Shown here: piece after piece, positions 38,660 to 50,428 of the stretch
Numbering within the stretch: the stretch's first letter is position 1
How the letters are laid out: each line of letters opens with the position of its first letter
From: Felis catus
Lineage: Eukaryota
NCBI RefSeq assembly: GCF_018350175.1
Contig: NC_058368.1
Coordinates: 124,436,001 to 124,500,000 of the forward strand
Reading direction: 5' to 3'
DNA length: 64,000 nt
The notes under the pieces: generated by a model
Told to the model about the DNA's origin: nothing
Seen by the model: only the letters and a program-made list of their open reading frames with translations
Databases searched by the model: none
Program-made: the position numbers and the translations under genes

Positions 38660-39640
38660 CCTTCATTTCATTAATCTAGTTAGATAGTTCTCAGAGACTT
38701 CCAAATGTCAAACTATGTTCTAAGCATTAGAGATACAGCAACAACAACAAGAAAAAAACACCAACCAGGGCGCCTGGGTGGCTCAGTCGGTTAAGCCTCC
38801 GGAGTTTGGCTCAGGTCATGATCTCGTGGTTCATGAGTTCAAGCCCCACATCTGGCTCTGTGCTGACAGCTCAGAGCCTAGAGCCTGCTTCCGATTCTAT
38901 GTCTCCCTCTCTCTCTCTGCCCTTCCACTGCTCATGCTCTCTCGCTCTCTCTCTCTCTCCCTCTCTGTCTCTCTCAAATAAGCATTAAAAAAACAAAAAC
39001 AAAAAAACAACCAACCAACCAACCAAAAATCCCTCTTCTCATTGATGAAACATTCTAACCGAGGTAGGTAGAAAACAAACACAACACACAGTGTGATGAA
39101 ACTACTATGGAGGAGGTACAGTAGGGAAAAGGGATAGGAAATATAGGGGGCATTGCCATTTTCAGTAGGGTTGCCAAGCATAGGCCCAAGTGGAGAAGGT
39201 GACAGCTGAGTAAATTCCCAAGAGAGTTGATGGAGTGAGTTGTGTGGACATTTGGCATGAAGTGTAGAGGCAGAGAAAACAGCAAGTGCAAAGCCCTGAG
39301 GCAGGAATCTTAAAAGCTCTGGAAGGTGTTTGGCCTCTACTCTGAGCGAAATAGGGGGCTTCAGTGGGTTTTAAGTGGAGGAGGGATACGATCTCACACC
39401 TTTTGGGATCACTCTGGCTGCAAAGTTGAGAGTTGACCGAAGGGAGCAGGAATAGAAAGACCAATGGTGAGGCTGGTGCAATACCGCAGGTGAGAGATGA
39501 TAGTGACTTGAGGTAGAGCTGAGAGCATCAGCAGGTGGATTAGACGAGGGGTATGTGATGGAGAGAGAGAAGAATAAAGGATGGCCTCAAGGTCTCTTTT
39601 CTGAGCAGCTGAGGTGAGGAAAGCTCTGGTAGGAGGAGGC
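38660..39640 (-). mobile_element. LINE-2 3' region, interrupted by a SINE
   Basis: tgttctaagcattagagatacagca, aacagcaagtgcaaagccctgaggcagga, atcactctggctgc and caggtgagagatgatagtgacttg. Confidence 0.75.
38768..39000 (+). mobile_element. Can-SINE inside the L2
   Basis: gggcgcctgggtggctcagtcggttaag head, with A/C-rich flanks aaaaaaca(a)ccaacca. Confidence 0.95.
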
Positions 39641-40067
39641 AATAGTTGGCACTTGATCCCAAGCCAAGCACTTTCTGAATGTAAAGGAACACAGGATGTA
39701 CAAAGAACTTAACATCCAACTTAGGCCAACCTCTTCACTGAGGAAACTGAGGCCATAAAAAGGGGGAGGTATGTGGGAGGCAGGACAGGCACTAAAATAA
39801 ACTGTCTTATGAGTTTTGCTCAGAACCAACTGGTCCAGAATAGAGACAACCCGCCCCCTTAGGTGAATATAGGAATAGCAGATGGTACTGTGGTAGGACT
39901 ACAGAAGCCTTTCAGGCAAACCACTTTAGGGAAAGAAAAGACCACATATTTTGGAGGGCCCTGAGTAAGTCTTCCCCAAGTGAAGCTGTCAGCCATGTCC
40001 TGTGCTGTAGTTCCCCTCCTCAAGGCAGAGAGTAAGAATGAGTACATGATGGTAAGATTCTGGAGTG

Positions 40068-40259
40068 GGAAGGCTGGAGACCTTTTAGGTGAAACAATGG
40101 ATTGGGTGGAATCCCTCCCAAAGTCAGAGCTGCTTGTTGTTACTGTTCTTGCTGCAGATGTTCTAGACAATGGTACTAATGGGCTGAGTGTGGGCGTGTT
40201 CTTTCTTGACACTGACTCTGATAATGGCCCTCCTTTTAAATGTTATGGACTTCATCATC
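40068..40259 (+). repeat. Copy A of a ~190 bp local direct duplication
   Basis: Shares AAACAATGGATTGGGTG, TGTTCTAGACAATGGTACTAA, TTCTTGACACTGA and TGGACTTCATCATC, in order, with 42105-42293. Confidence 0.92.
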
Positions 40260-41184
40260 ACTCCTTGCACATTAGCATTCTTGAATCTTCTATTTTGGGT
40301 GACCTCCAGCCAACAATAAGCCCTCCCACTTCTGCACAGTTGCTTCTTGGTTTTGGTTGGAATCCAACATAGAAGAGTCAGGGAAGAAGATTTGCTTCAT
40401 GGGGTTTACTTTCTGTCCTTGAAGCTCCCTTCAGTCCTTTCCTGTGGTCTTGCCTCTCTGCCCCTCCATCTTCCTGGTCAGGCATACTGCTTTGTCCTGG
40501 GTTCTCTGCTGCCACAGAACAGACAGTAAGGACTGAGGCCTCATGGAGGAGGGACAGTCAAGGCTTTGTTAAGAGAGTGTCTCCATGTGTCCAGGTCTCT
40601 TTTTCTCACCATTCCATTTTGCAGCCCAAAGACTTTCAAGGTCCAAAGCCATCAAGAGGCTTCTCTAGGAAGCCAAAGCAAGGCAGTGCAATGCCAGAAT
40701 TGGCCCACATAAATTTGGCATTCTCAGGATGTTCTTTAGTAACATAACAGTATTTGAGCTGGATTTGCTATAGCTCTTTCCACAGTATCTATGTCTTCAA
40801 GGGTCTCAAATGAAGACATCACAGCAACAAAGAATAAATGCTGATAGTGGGCTTCAGAGCCATATATTACCATCTTCTTTTTGGACCTATTGTGGCAGAT
40901 TTCAAGGGAAACCCAAAGTGACTAAAAGTGAAGGGCTAGGTTTTTAATGAAAAACAAAAGTAACTAAGATAAATAATGTCAAACATCATTAACAAATGAC
41001 AAAAGTCTATTTAGGAATGTTCTTTAAGTTCATGAACGGGATTACCCAGAGTTTAGGAACAAAGTAAAAAGAAAATGGCTTGTATTAGTAAAATGATCAA
41101 ATGTGAAAGGGCATGTTCAATATTTATAGAAGTTTCTGTGAAAGACTGCTGGATTTCCATCTTTGGTGATATACTGATATATGT

Positions 41185-41262
41185 TGATTTAATGCAATCT
41201 CAGAAGAGGTAACAATCTTGGAAAAGAAGAACAAGTTTGGAGGACTCACATTTCCCAATTTT
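41185..41262 (+). mobile_element. Short L1 ORF2 fragment
   Basis: aacaatcttggaaaagaagaacaagtttggaggactcacatttcccaatttt is a typical ORF2 segment. Confidence 0.65.
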
Positions 41263-41356
41263 ATTTTATTTTTTTATGTTTTCATTTATTTCTGAGAGAG
41301 AGTGAGAATGAGTGTGAGAGAGAGAGAGTGCACACACTGGTGCTGGTGCGCAAACA
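41263..41356 (-). mobile_element. Tail-only (5'-truncated) Can-SINE
   Basis: T-rich tail plus (GA)n, flanked by CAATTTT at 41256-41262 and 41357-41363. Confidence 0.7.
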
Positions 41357-41363
41357 CAATTTT

Positions 41364-43260
41364 TTCTTCATTTTTCTTATTATAGACACAACATAAAATT
41401 TACCATATTAACCATTTTTAAGTGCAAAGTTTAGCAGTGTTAAGTATATTCACATGTTGTGAAACGTATCTCCAGAACCTCATCTTGTAAATCTCAAACT
41501 CTATATCCTTTAGATAACTCCCCTTCCCCCCTCTCCAACCCCTGGTAACCACCATTCCACTTTCTGTTTCTATGAATTTGACTATTTTAGATACCTCATA
41601 TAAACGAAATCAAGGAGTATTTGTCTTTTTCTGACTGGCTTATCTCACTAAGCATGATGTCCTCAAGTTTCTTTCATGTTGTAGCATGTGACAGGACTCT
41701 CTTCCCTTTTAAGTTTGAGTCATATTCCATTGGATGTGTAGACCACACTTTGGTAATCTGTTCATCTGCCCATGGACATTTGGGTTGCTTCTGCTTTTGG
41801 CTACTGTGATTAGTGCTGCTATGAACGTGGGTGTGAAAATATCTTTCAATATGTTTTAGCTTTTTAAGAAACTGCCAAAGTGTTTCCTAGAATTGTTGTA
41901 CCAAATTACATTCTAACCAACAGTGTATGAAAATTTCAGTTCTCCCACCTTCTCATCAACATTTGGTATGGTCAGTCTTATTAATTTTAGCTATTCTTAT
42001 AGGTATGCAGTGGTATCTCACTGTGGTTTTAATTTGCACTTTCCTAATGACTGATGATGCTGAACATTTTCCCATGTGCTTATTTCTATCTTTGTATCTT
42101 CTTTGGAAAGGTTGAGAACCTTAAGATAAAACAATGGATTGGGTGTAAACTCTCCCCAAACCAGAGCTATTTGTTGCTATTCCTGCTGCAGCTGTTCTAG
42201 ACAATGGTACTAAAGGGCTACGTGTGGGCGTATTCCTTCTTGACACTGATTGTGATAATGGTCTTCTCTTTTAGTGTTCTGGACTTCATCATCTATTCAT
42301 ATCTTTTGTGCATTTTGTTTATTTTCTTATTATTGAGTGTGAGAGTTCTTTACATGTTTTTGATCCAAATCCTTTATAAGAAACATATTTTAAATATTTT
42401 CTCCCAGTTTGTGTCTAATCTGATCATTCTGTTAATGATAACCATAAAAAGTACAAGTTTTCATTTTTATGAAGTTTAAGTTAGCAGTGTTTGCTTTTAT
42501 TGATCAGATCTTTGGTATCATATCCAAGAAATCTTTGCATAACCCAAGATCATAAACCTTTTTTCCTGTGTTTTCTTCTAGAAGTTTTGTACTCTTGTAG
42601 GTTTAAGCTTTAAGTCCATGATCCGTTTGAGTTAACTTTTGTATCGTGTGCAAAATGTGGATCAAGATTCTTATTTTTGCATCTGGATATCCAATTATTC
42701 CAGCACTTTTTTTGTTGAAAAAAACCTACACTTTCTTCAGTGAACTGTCTTTGTATCTTTGTTGAAAATCCATACATAAGTGGGTCTATTTCTAGAATCT
42801 ATTCTCTTCTATTGCTCTATCTTTAAACCATTACCAAAATATCTTCATATCATAGCGTTCTAAATTTTGAAATTGGGTAGCATTAATGCTCCAACTTTGC
42901 TCTTCTTTTTCAAAGTTGCTTTCGTTATCCCAGGTCTTTTGCACTCTCGTAAGAATTTTAGAATTAACTCATTAATTTTGACAAAGAAGTCCACTGGGAT
43001 TTTGATTAGGATTGCTTTGAATCCACAGATCATTTTACAGAGAATTCACATCTTTACAATACTGAATCATCTGATTCATGAACATGATATATTTCTCCAT
43101 ATATTTCAGTCTTCTTTAATTTCTCTCAGTTTTTATTTTTATTTAGTTTTTATTGCTCAGCTCTTGCACATATTTTGTCAGACTTATCCCTATTTTTTTT
43201 TTATATTTTTGGAATGGTATTTTTTAAAATTTCAATTTCCAATTATTCATTGTTTAGCTT
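41364..43260 (-). mobile_element. Old eutherian L1 (L1MA/L1MB-like 3' end plus ORF2), possibly two elements
   Basis: Antisense L1 3'UTR (aaaatttaccatattaaccatttttaagtg) and ORF2 motifs (gtggtatctcactgtggttttaatttgcac). It is interrupted at ~42105-42293. Confidence 0.85.
42105..42293 (+). repeat. Copy B of the ~190 bp duplication, embedded in L1
   Basis: Colinear with 40068-40259 at roughly 80% identity by eye. L1 sequence resumes on both sides. Confidence 0.92.
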
Positions 43261-44589
43261 GTCTGGTTTTTAGCTTTTACATTTATCTTATTAGATTCTC
43301 CTGTCTCTGTTCTCATTGCTGAATGGGTAGGCAGCTTAAAGGTACTTGCTTATTTTGAGAGATTTGTTGGCCAAATCTTACTCCCACAGGTCTGGGAAAG
43401 GAAACATTCCCCATAAGATACTTCTCATTACCTTCGTATAGGCAGAATCCTTACCCTGCATCTTTGGATAAGAACACTTCTCTGCAGTTCTTTTCTGGAG
43501 CTTCCTGATTTTCTGTTGCAGCAAACAAAACCCACAGAGACCAAGGTCCTGGCACAAATGCTACCAGTTTTCTAATCACTTGGCATTGGTCACTGAAGGT
43601 CACAGAGCTTCCTGGCAGGAAGTAGGGCACAGACGGCAGGTGGCCCTGCCAGAGCAGCTGAAAAAAAGCTCTATTCATGGCAGATTGTATATCACCAACT
43701 CGCTGTGACAGCACCACATACCTGCCAGCCCCAGAGCAGGCTGATTAGGGTAATTTAGGTTTTGTCTTCAAGCATAATTATTAGAGCTGTCAACAGCCTC
43801 TGTGATGCTAAAGTGAAGAATCACATCCAGAGAATGATGGAGAAGACCCAATGGGTGCTCAAACAGGCATAGAAGGCTAAGAGGCAATAGATTCATTTCA
43901 ACCCCAAGACAATATGATTTGGGAATAAGAAAATGCAACCATGTTCAGTAGAGTTCATGGTGCTCTGAAGATATATAAGAGTGAGAACTCAGAGGTGATC
44001 TTAGGAGTCCTATATGTAAGTCTCAAGGAAAGGATCTACTTTATAAAAGCATCTGAACCACAGACTATTTAAGAACAGAACACTCTGAGACTTAATCACT
44101 AATGTGCTTGGCACAGAACTGCCCACAGAAGCCCCACAGGCTTAGTAAAGTTTCACAGAGAGCTTTATTGGCCTTGTAAAAACCTCAGACCTAGGACTAG
44201 AATCCTTATTTTAAGTAGAACTGGAGGTATTAACTCACTGTGATTTCAGAAGCAACAGAAATGTGTCTCATAATCCTAGCACACTATGCTCATCAATGTC
44301 TGACATTTCATGAATTCCTTTGCTTTCTTTTCAACTACTGAGATGATGACAACTTTGGTGGGAGAGTAAGTCATTAGGCTTTATCAGTCATTTACACCCC
44401 AGTGTGAATGCATTTATCAGAAAACATTTTTTTTCTCGTCCTTGGAGAGTATAGTACAAAAGAAATAAAAAAAAAAACTGGAAGTGAGTGAAGAAAAGTG
44501 AAAGGGGGCAAAGGCATGAGAGAGACTGACTGACTGATTGATACTCTTTCAAATTTCAAATGGGGCCAGCTTGGTAAAACTCACACAGA

Positions 44590-45596
44590 AGTATCAAAGG
44601 ATACTGTCCAGAAAGTGAAAAGACAATGCAAAGAAAAGGATAAAAGGTCTGCAAATCATATATCTGATAAGGGTCTAGTATCTGGAATATATAAAGAGCT
44701 CCTACAACTCAACAACAGAAGAACAAAAACTCCATTTAAAAATGGAAAAAGGACTTGAATAGACATTTCTCTAAAGAAGATAAACACATGGTAAATAAGC
44801 ACATCAAAAAAAAATTAACATTGTTAATCACTAAAGAAATGCAAGTCAAAAGCAGAAAAAATACCACTTTACATCCACTAGGATGGCTTTAGTGAGAAAA
44901 CTGGACATTAACAAAGTGCTGGCAAGGATGTAGAGAAAATGGAACCCTCATACATTGCTTATAGGAATGTAAACCAGCGCAGCTGCTGTTGAAAACAGTT
45001 TGGAGGTTCCTCAGAGAGTTAAACATAGAATTACCATATGACACAACAATTCTACTTCTAGGTATATATACAAAAGAAATGAAAACAGATGTACAAAGAG
45101 AAACTTGTACATGAATGTTCACAGCAGCACCAGTCACAGTACTCAAAAGGTCTAAACAGCCCAAATGTCCATCAATTAAGGAATGGATAAATAAAATGTG
45201 GGATATCCATACAATGTAGTATTATTCAGCTATGAAAAGGAATGAAGAGCCACTAAATGTTACAACATAAATTCACCTTGAAAACATTATGGGGAAGTGA
45301 AAGAATCCAGACAAAAGGCCACACATTTTATACTCCATTTATATGAAATATATAGAATAGGCAAGTCTGTAGAGACAGAAAGCAGACTGCCGGGGGCTGG
45401 GGGAAGGTGAAACAGAGAGTTACAGCTTAAGAGCCTTGGAGTTTCCTTATGGAGTGATGAAAATATTCTGGAACTAGATAGTGGGGATGGTTGTACAATA
45501 TTATGAATGTACTAGAAGCCACTGCATCACACACTTACAGATGGTTAAAATTCAGATGGTGAATTTTATGTATATGAATTTTACCTAAAAAAAAAA
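44590..45596 (+). mobile_element. Old L1 (L1MB-like) ORF2 end plus 3'UTR
   Basis: gcaaatcatatatctgataaggg, gtagagacagaaagcagact, ggaactagatagtggggatggttgtacaa, then an A-tail. Confidence 0.9.
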
Positions 45597-46053
45597 GCTA
45601 TATAGAAACTCCATGAACTTTTGGCTAATTCTACGCAAACCTCATCTTCTCAAGTGTCCATTCACAGCAAGACAATCCTGTATTATGAGTGATATCTAGA
45701 GAACACACCACCAGCCAGGCTTCTGAGAAGCCTCGTTAGCAGAGCTTCAAAAGTGTAACTCTTTTTATCCTTCCTGATGTACTGACTGTCAAGCTGCAAC
45801 ACAGGAATTAGAACCAGATAGAAGGAAGATGGGCAGGGAAAACAGATGTGCAACACAAGAAATGTAAAAGTGCTGAAGTGGAATCAAAACCTGAGCCATT
45901 AGAATTTGTCATAGTTGAGGGAAGTGCCAGGAACCAGACCTCAATACAGGATAAGCAGAGAGGGCCTTTTTGACCACCTCTGAAACAAATGCTTTCTTTT
46001 CCGTTATCTCCTCCTCCAAGTCCTCAGGTGTTAATGCATACACACAACTACTT

Positions 46054-46061
46054 ACACACAC

Positions 46062-46094
<33 letters not shown>
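46054..46094. repeat. (CA)n microsatellite, one interruption
   Basis: Direct reading. Confidence 0.95.
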
Positions 46095-46132
46095 TGATTT
46101 AACACTTTATTACTGTTCTTAAGGCTACTTTT

Positions 46133-46347
46133 TTTTTAAATTTTAACATTTATTTATTTTTGAGACAGAGAGAGACAGAGCATGAACAGGGGAGGGGCAG
46201 AGAGAAAGGGAGACACAGAATCTGAAACAGGCTCCAGGCTCTGAGTGGTCAGCACAGAGCCCGACACGGGGTTCGAACTCACTGACAGTGAGATCATGAC
46301 CTGAGCTGAAGTCGGACGCTTAACCGACCGAGCCACCCAGGCACCCC
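46133..46347 (-). mobile_element. Young Can-SINE
   Basis: TSD CTTAAGGCTACTTTT at 46118-46132 and 46347-46361. Several CpGs retained. Confidence 0.96.
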
Positions 46348-47309
46348 TTAAGGCTACTTTTAAGTACAAAAAAAATGACCTGCCAAAACTGATTTTTTTC
46401 TTCCAGGAAAAACAGGCCACAGAGAATGGTATGTTACAGATTTGCAAACAATATATTTATTATTATATGTTACAAACTATGTATATATAGTTTATAATAT
46501 GAAAAGATGAGGTTTGTCTAGATATTGGAAAGGTTCAGTGGTTGATTTCCCCCCCCTCTCTTTTTCTAGTCATGGTTGAGACATTTTGATTAATTGGGAA
46601 AAACAAAATAAAATTCAGTACTGCTGAATCAGAAAGAATGTCCATTGCAAGTGATTTGACTAAATTTGGTGATGCAGCTAGTGGTTCCACAATTTAATCT
46701 CTACCGACAAACCACAGTTAAAGGCATTGCATAAAAGGGTTGCGCTTTTTACATGAAAACTCATTCGTTGGACCATGATGAGTCAAAGGGTCAGGTCCAG
46801 TGGTTGTACGGATCAGTCTTTTCTCTCTTTCATGGCTTCAAACTGCCATCTTGAAAAAAACACCAGGTAAGTTTACTATTGGGTCTGGAAGAAAATACAT
46901 TTTAGATCTTGATGACAGACTAACAACTGTCTGTCATCCTTATATATTAAGAAAAGCATAAATTTCTAGGAAGCAAATGTTAGGTACTCAACGTAGTTGT
47001 GAGATGAACAATTCAGGCTGTGAAGACAGGATGAAGGATGTTGGAAGGGGATGTTGCAAGTTCTCCACTAGAATCTGATGGAAGTTGAAAAAAATGGCAT
47101 GAAAACACTGGTTTAAAAGTTTATTTATGCTGAGAAAACTTCCCCCACAAATGGGGCTAGTCCAAAGGACAATTAAAAATATCTTGGACTACACTGTGTC
47201 TTCCTGGAGAAGAAGGTACTCAGAGGGACAACTGAGGTGCTGGATGTGAGGAAGAGCAAGAGCATGGAGACTAGGAGCCCAAGGATAATAACAAAAGGAG
47301 ATGCACCTG

Positions 47310-47547
47310 CTCTTTCCCCGGAGCCCTCTGCATTTTTAAGTGTCAGGTAGAATTAGGGGTCTTTCGTCTGTAAACCATACTTCTGTGATGAAAATATAAA
47401 TCAATCCTGTTCCTCTCAGCGGACAATCTGTTACCTACCTGGAGTCTCTCCAGCTGTGGGCATGCCCCTCCACTTTCCACCCTGGTTTGTTCTTTAAGCT
47501 GCAAAACTGCACCCAAGCTTGCTTGATATCTGTTTCTCTCAAGTGTC
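47310..47547 (+). pseudogene. Probable 5'UTR portion of the HNRNPF retrocopy (left boundary uncertain)
   Basis: Non-repeat sequence leading into the ATG, starting at a pyrimidine-rich CTCTTTCCCC. The 5' limit is inferred and there is no clear TSD. Confidence 0.4.
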
Positions 47548-48776
47548 ATGATGGTGGGCCTTGAGAGAGGTGAAGGCTTCATGGTCACGCTCCATGGTCT
47601 TCCTGCTGCTGCTTGGAGGATGTGCAGAACTTCCTTTCTGACTGCACAATTCATGATGGGGATGCAGGCATTCATTTTATCTACACTAGAAAAGGCAGGA
47701 AGAGTGGTGAGGCTTTTGTTGAACTTGAATCAGAAGATGATGTAAAAATGGCCCTAAAAAAGACTTGGGAAAGCATGGGACACCAGTACATTGAGGTCTT
47801 CAAGTCCCACAGAACCAAGATAGATTGTGTGCTGAAACACAGCAATCCAAACAGTGCCAACACCACCAGTGATAGCTTTGTGAGGCTTCAGGGACTCCCA
47901 TTTGGATGCACCAAGAAAGAAATTCTTCAGTTCTTCTCAGGGTTGGAAATTGTGCCAAATAGGATCACATTGCTCGTGGACTCAGAGGGCAAGATTACAG
48001 GGGAAGCTTTTGGGCAGTTTGCCTCACAGGAGTTGGCTGAGAAGCCCCTAGGGAAGCAGGAGAGAATGGGGCACAGATAAAATGAAGTGTTCAAGAGCAG
48101 TCAGGAAGAAGCTAGGCATACTCAGATCTCCCTCTGAAGTTCATGTCTGTACAGAAGTCAGGGTTTTATGACTACCCTGGGACAGCCAGGAGGTATATTG
48201 GACTGTCAAGCAAGTGGGCCTAGAAAGAAAGGGTAGGGTGCTTACAGTGCAGGTTATGGGGGATATGAGGAGTACGGCAGCCTCAGCGATGGCTATTCCT
48301 TCACCAATCTCTCTCTTGGGAAAAACCTCAGTTACTTACTCTCTCAGGCATGTATGACCACAGATATGGAGGCTGCTAGTTCACTGTCCAGAGTACCACT
48401 GGGCACTGAATCCACATGAGAGGGATGCCATACAGAGCCGTAGAGAATGACATTTATAACTTTTTTTCTCCACTCAACCCTAAGAGAGTCCATATTGAGA
48501 TTGGTCCTGATGGAAGACTGATTGGAGAAGTCAATGTGGAGTTTGCCACTCCCGAACACCAGCTATGTTCAAGGACTGTGCCAACATGCAACACAGACAC
48601 ATAGAACTTTTCCTGAATTCCACTACTGGGGCCAGCAATGGAGCATAGAGCAGCCAGATGATGCAAGAAATAGGGTGTCGGCCCAGTCCACTTATATTGG
48701 CCTTGAGAGCCTGTCTGTGAGTGGCTATTATACGGCTGGCTATTGAGGCCAGAATACCATGGGTGGATAGGACTAG
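47548..48776 (+). pseudogene. HNRNPF: HNRNPF processed pseudogene, CDS-homologous part
   Basis: Translations match hn[17 protein letters not shown] (start), [34 protein letters not shown] (qRRM1), [28 protein letters not shown] (qRRM2), [33 protein letters not shown] (qRRM3), ending GACTAG at 48776. It is disabled by a frameshift near 47600, TAA 48078-48080, TAG 48377-48379, TGA 48407-48409 and further indels. Confidence 0.96.
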
Positions 48777-49604
48777 TTTTGTAGGAGCGTCTGAGTTATT
48801 GCAATTAAATTTTCACAGGCAGCCAACAAACAGTGAAAAGCTGGGACACATTTTGCACCATGAGTTTGTGAAATTTACATTAAAAAATGACCTCTTCAGG
48901 AAGCAAAAATCATATAAAAACAGGGAGGGGGACAAAATGTAAGAGACTCTTAAGTATGAAGTACAAACAGAGGGTTACTGGAGGGGTTGTGGGAGGGGGG
49001 ATGGGCTAAATGAGTAACAGACATCTTACCCATTAAGGAAATCTACTCCTGAAATAATTGTTGCACTATATGCTAACTAAGTTGGATGTAAATTAAAGAA
49101 AAAAATGACCTCTTTAGTGTTTTCTCAGGCAAACTTTTCTTCTAGCATGTGATACGGAGAAAACTATAACTGTTTTCAGTGTTTTTCCATTAACATTTTG
49201 GTACTGCACTTCAGCATAATGTTATCTGAGTTAAAGTAGTTTTGAGTACATTAAATGGATTTTTTACACCACATCACCATGAACACATTGGGGAGATGTG
49301 CTTTTTGTTTTTAAAACTCAAGGTGCCAGATCCCTAATTCAAAGAGGAACATTTCTCATTTTTTTTTTCATTCTAGTTTATTTTCATTTAAAATCTTTTA
49401 GGTTAAGTTTAAGCTTTTAAAATAAGTTAGTTTTGAAAATTGAGTCATATTACTAATACCCTAGGAGTTAGTGAGGCCTTGACTTAAAACTCTCTTTGTA
49501 CAGTGATTTCTTTCTGGGTATATTTTGCTAAGTGAAACTTGTTAAAGTTTTTTGTTAACTAGTTTTTTTTCTTAAAATAAAGATTTTTTCACACTGAAAA
49601 AAAA
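48777..49604 (+). pseudogene. HNRNPF: 3'UTR, polyadenylation signal and residual poly(A) of the HNRNPF retrocopy
   Basis: T-rich UTR-like sequence follows the stop, with AATAAA at 49576-49581 and A8 at 49597-49604. It is interrupted by an L1 fragment at 48900-49099. Confidence 0.85.
48900..49099 (+). mobile_element. 5'-truncated carnivore L1 3'UTR fragment inserted in the pseudogene 3'UTR
   Basis: Matches the 3' end of the L1 at 51760-51960. TSD AAAAAATGACCTCTT at 48882-48896 and 49100-49114. Confidence 0.92.
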
Positions 49605-50428
49605 GTACCTTGTCTCCACAAAGAAAGGAAGAATAAAATATGTATAATATATGTGTGGATGTAATATTTAGGTATATAACCTAATTTCACAAATAAAGAT
49701 AAAGGAATTCCAACTCATGACACAATTTTTAAAATACCTTAAGACCTATCTCTAAGAATCATCCTTAACCAGGTGATCCCAGGTTATTTGGGGTATTACA
49801 ATAGCACAAGATCTATTTTTCAAAAATGATTAAGGCACTTCATTTTTCACCAATTAGATTTACTTAGCCTTAAGATGTCTTGCTTTTATTGGAATTCATC
49901 AGCCTATAACTTACAGGGACAAAGGCCTCTTTCTTGGACATGAACCAGAAACCTGGGAGGGAAGCTGTGTGGTTCTGAGTTCTGCTGATGTTGGTTTCCA
50001 TTATATCTGTGGCAAGTTGTTTTAGCTCTGGGCCCAGTAGATCTGGTTCTGAAATTACCTAAACTCTACTTTTCTCATCAATCAAACAGGCTTCAAATTT
50101 ATTCTTCCTTCTCAATTTTGTTATTTTTGATATTTGCAAAAATAAAAAATACAGCATGGTTGTGAATTATTTACAAAAACAGGAATTACCTTTGTCAAAT
50201 GAGTTCTAAACAGGAAACTTAGCAAGAGGACTCCTGGGTGTTCCCTGTATCCAGGCTAGCTGGCATCACACATGAAGAATCCAAGGCTGTGGCTTCCTCC
50301 CAGAGGAGGCTAAGTCCAGTCAAAGGGCAAGGTCTTTCCAAAACTTTTCCCCAGACAATACACATAGGACAACTCATTGTGAAATTCAGTTTGTATAAGT
50401 TAAATATCAATTAAATCTCCAAATACAT

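Noticed and set aside
39859..40372. Overlapping 117-aa and 130-aa ORFs spanning duplicated copy A, as a possible coding exon
   Set aside because: No recognisable protein, and the ORF track shows no equivalent full-length ORF across copy B.
42867..43322. 151-aa hydrophobic ORF
   Set aside because: Antisense reading of T-rich L1 ORF2 sequence.
47293..49612. TSD for the HNRNPF retrocopy (ATGCACCT vs AAGTACCT)
   Set aside because: Only 6/8 matching, too weak to fix the 5' boundary.
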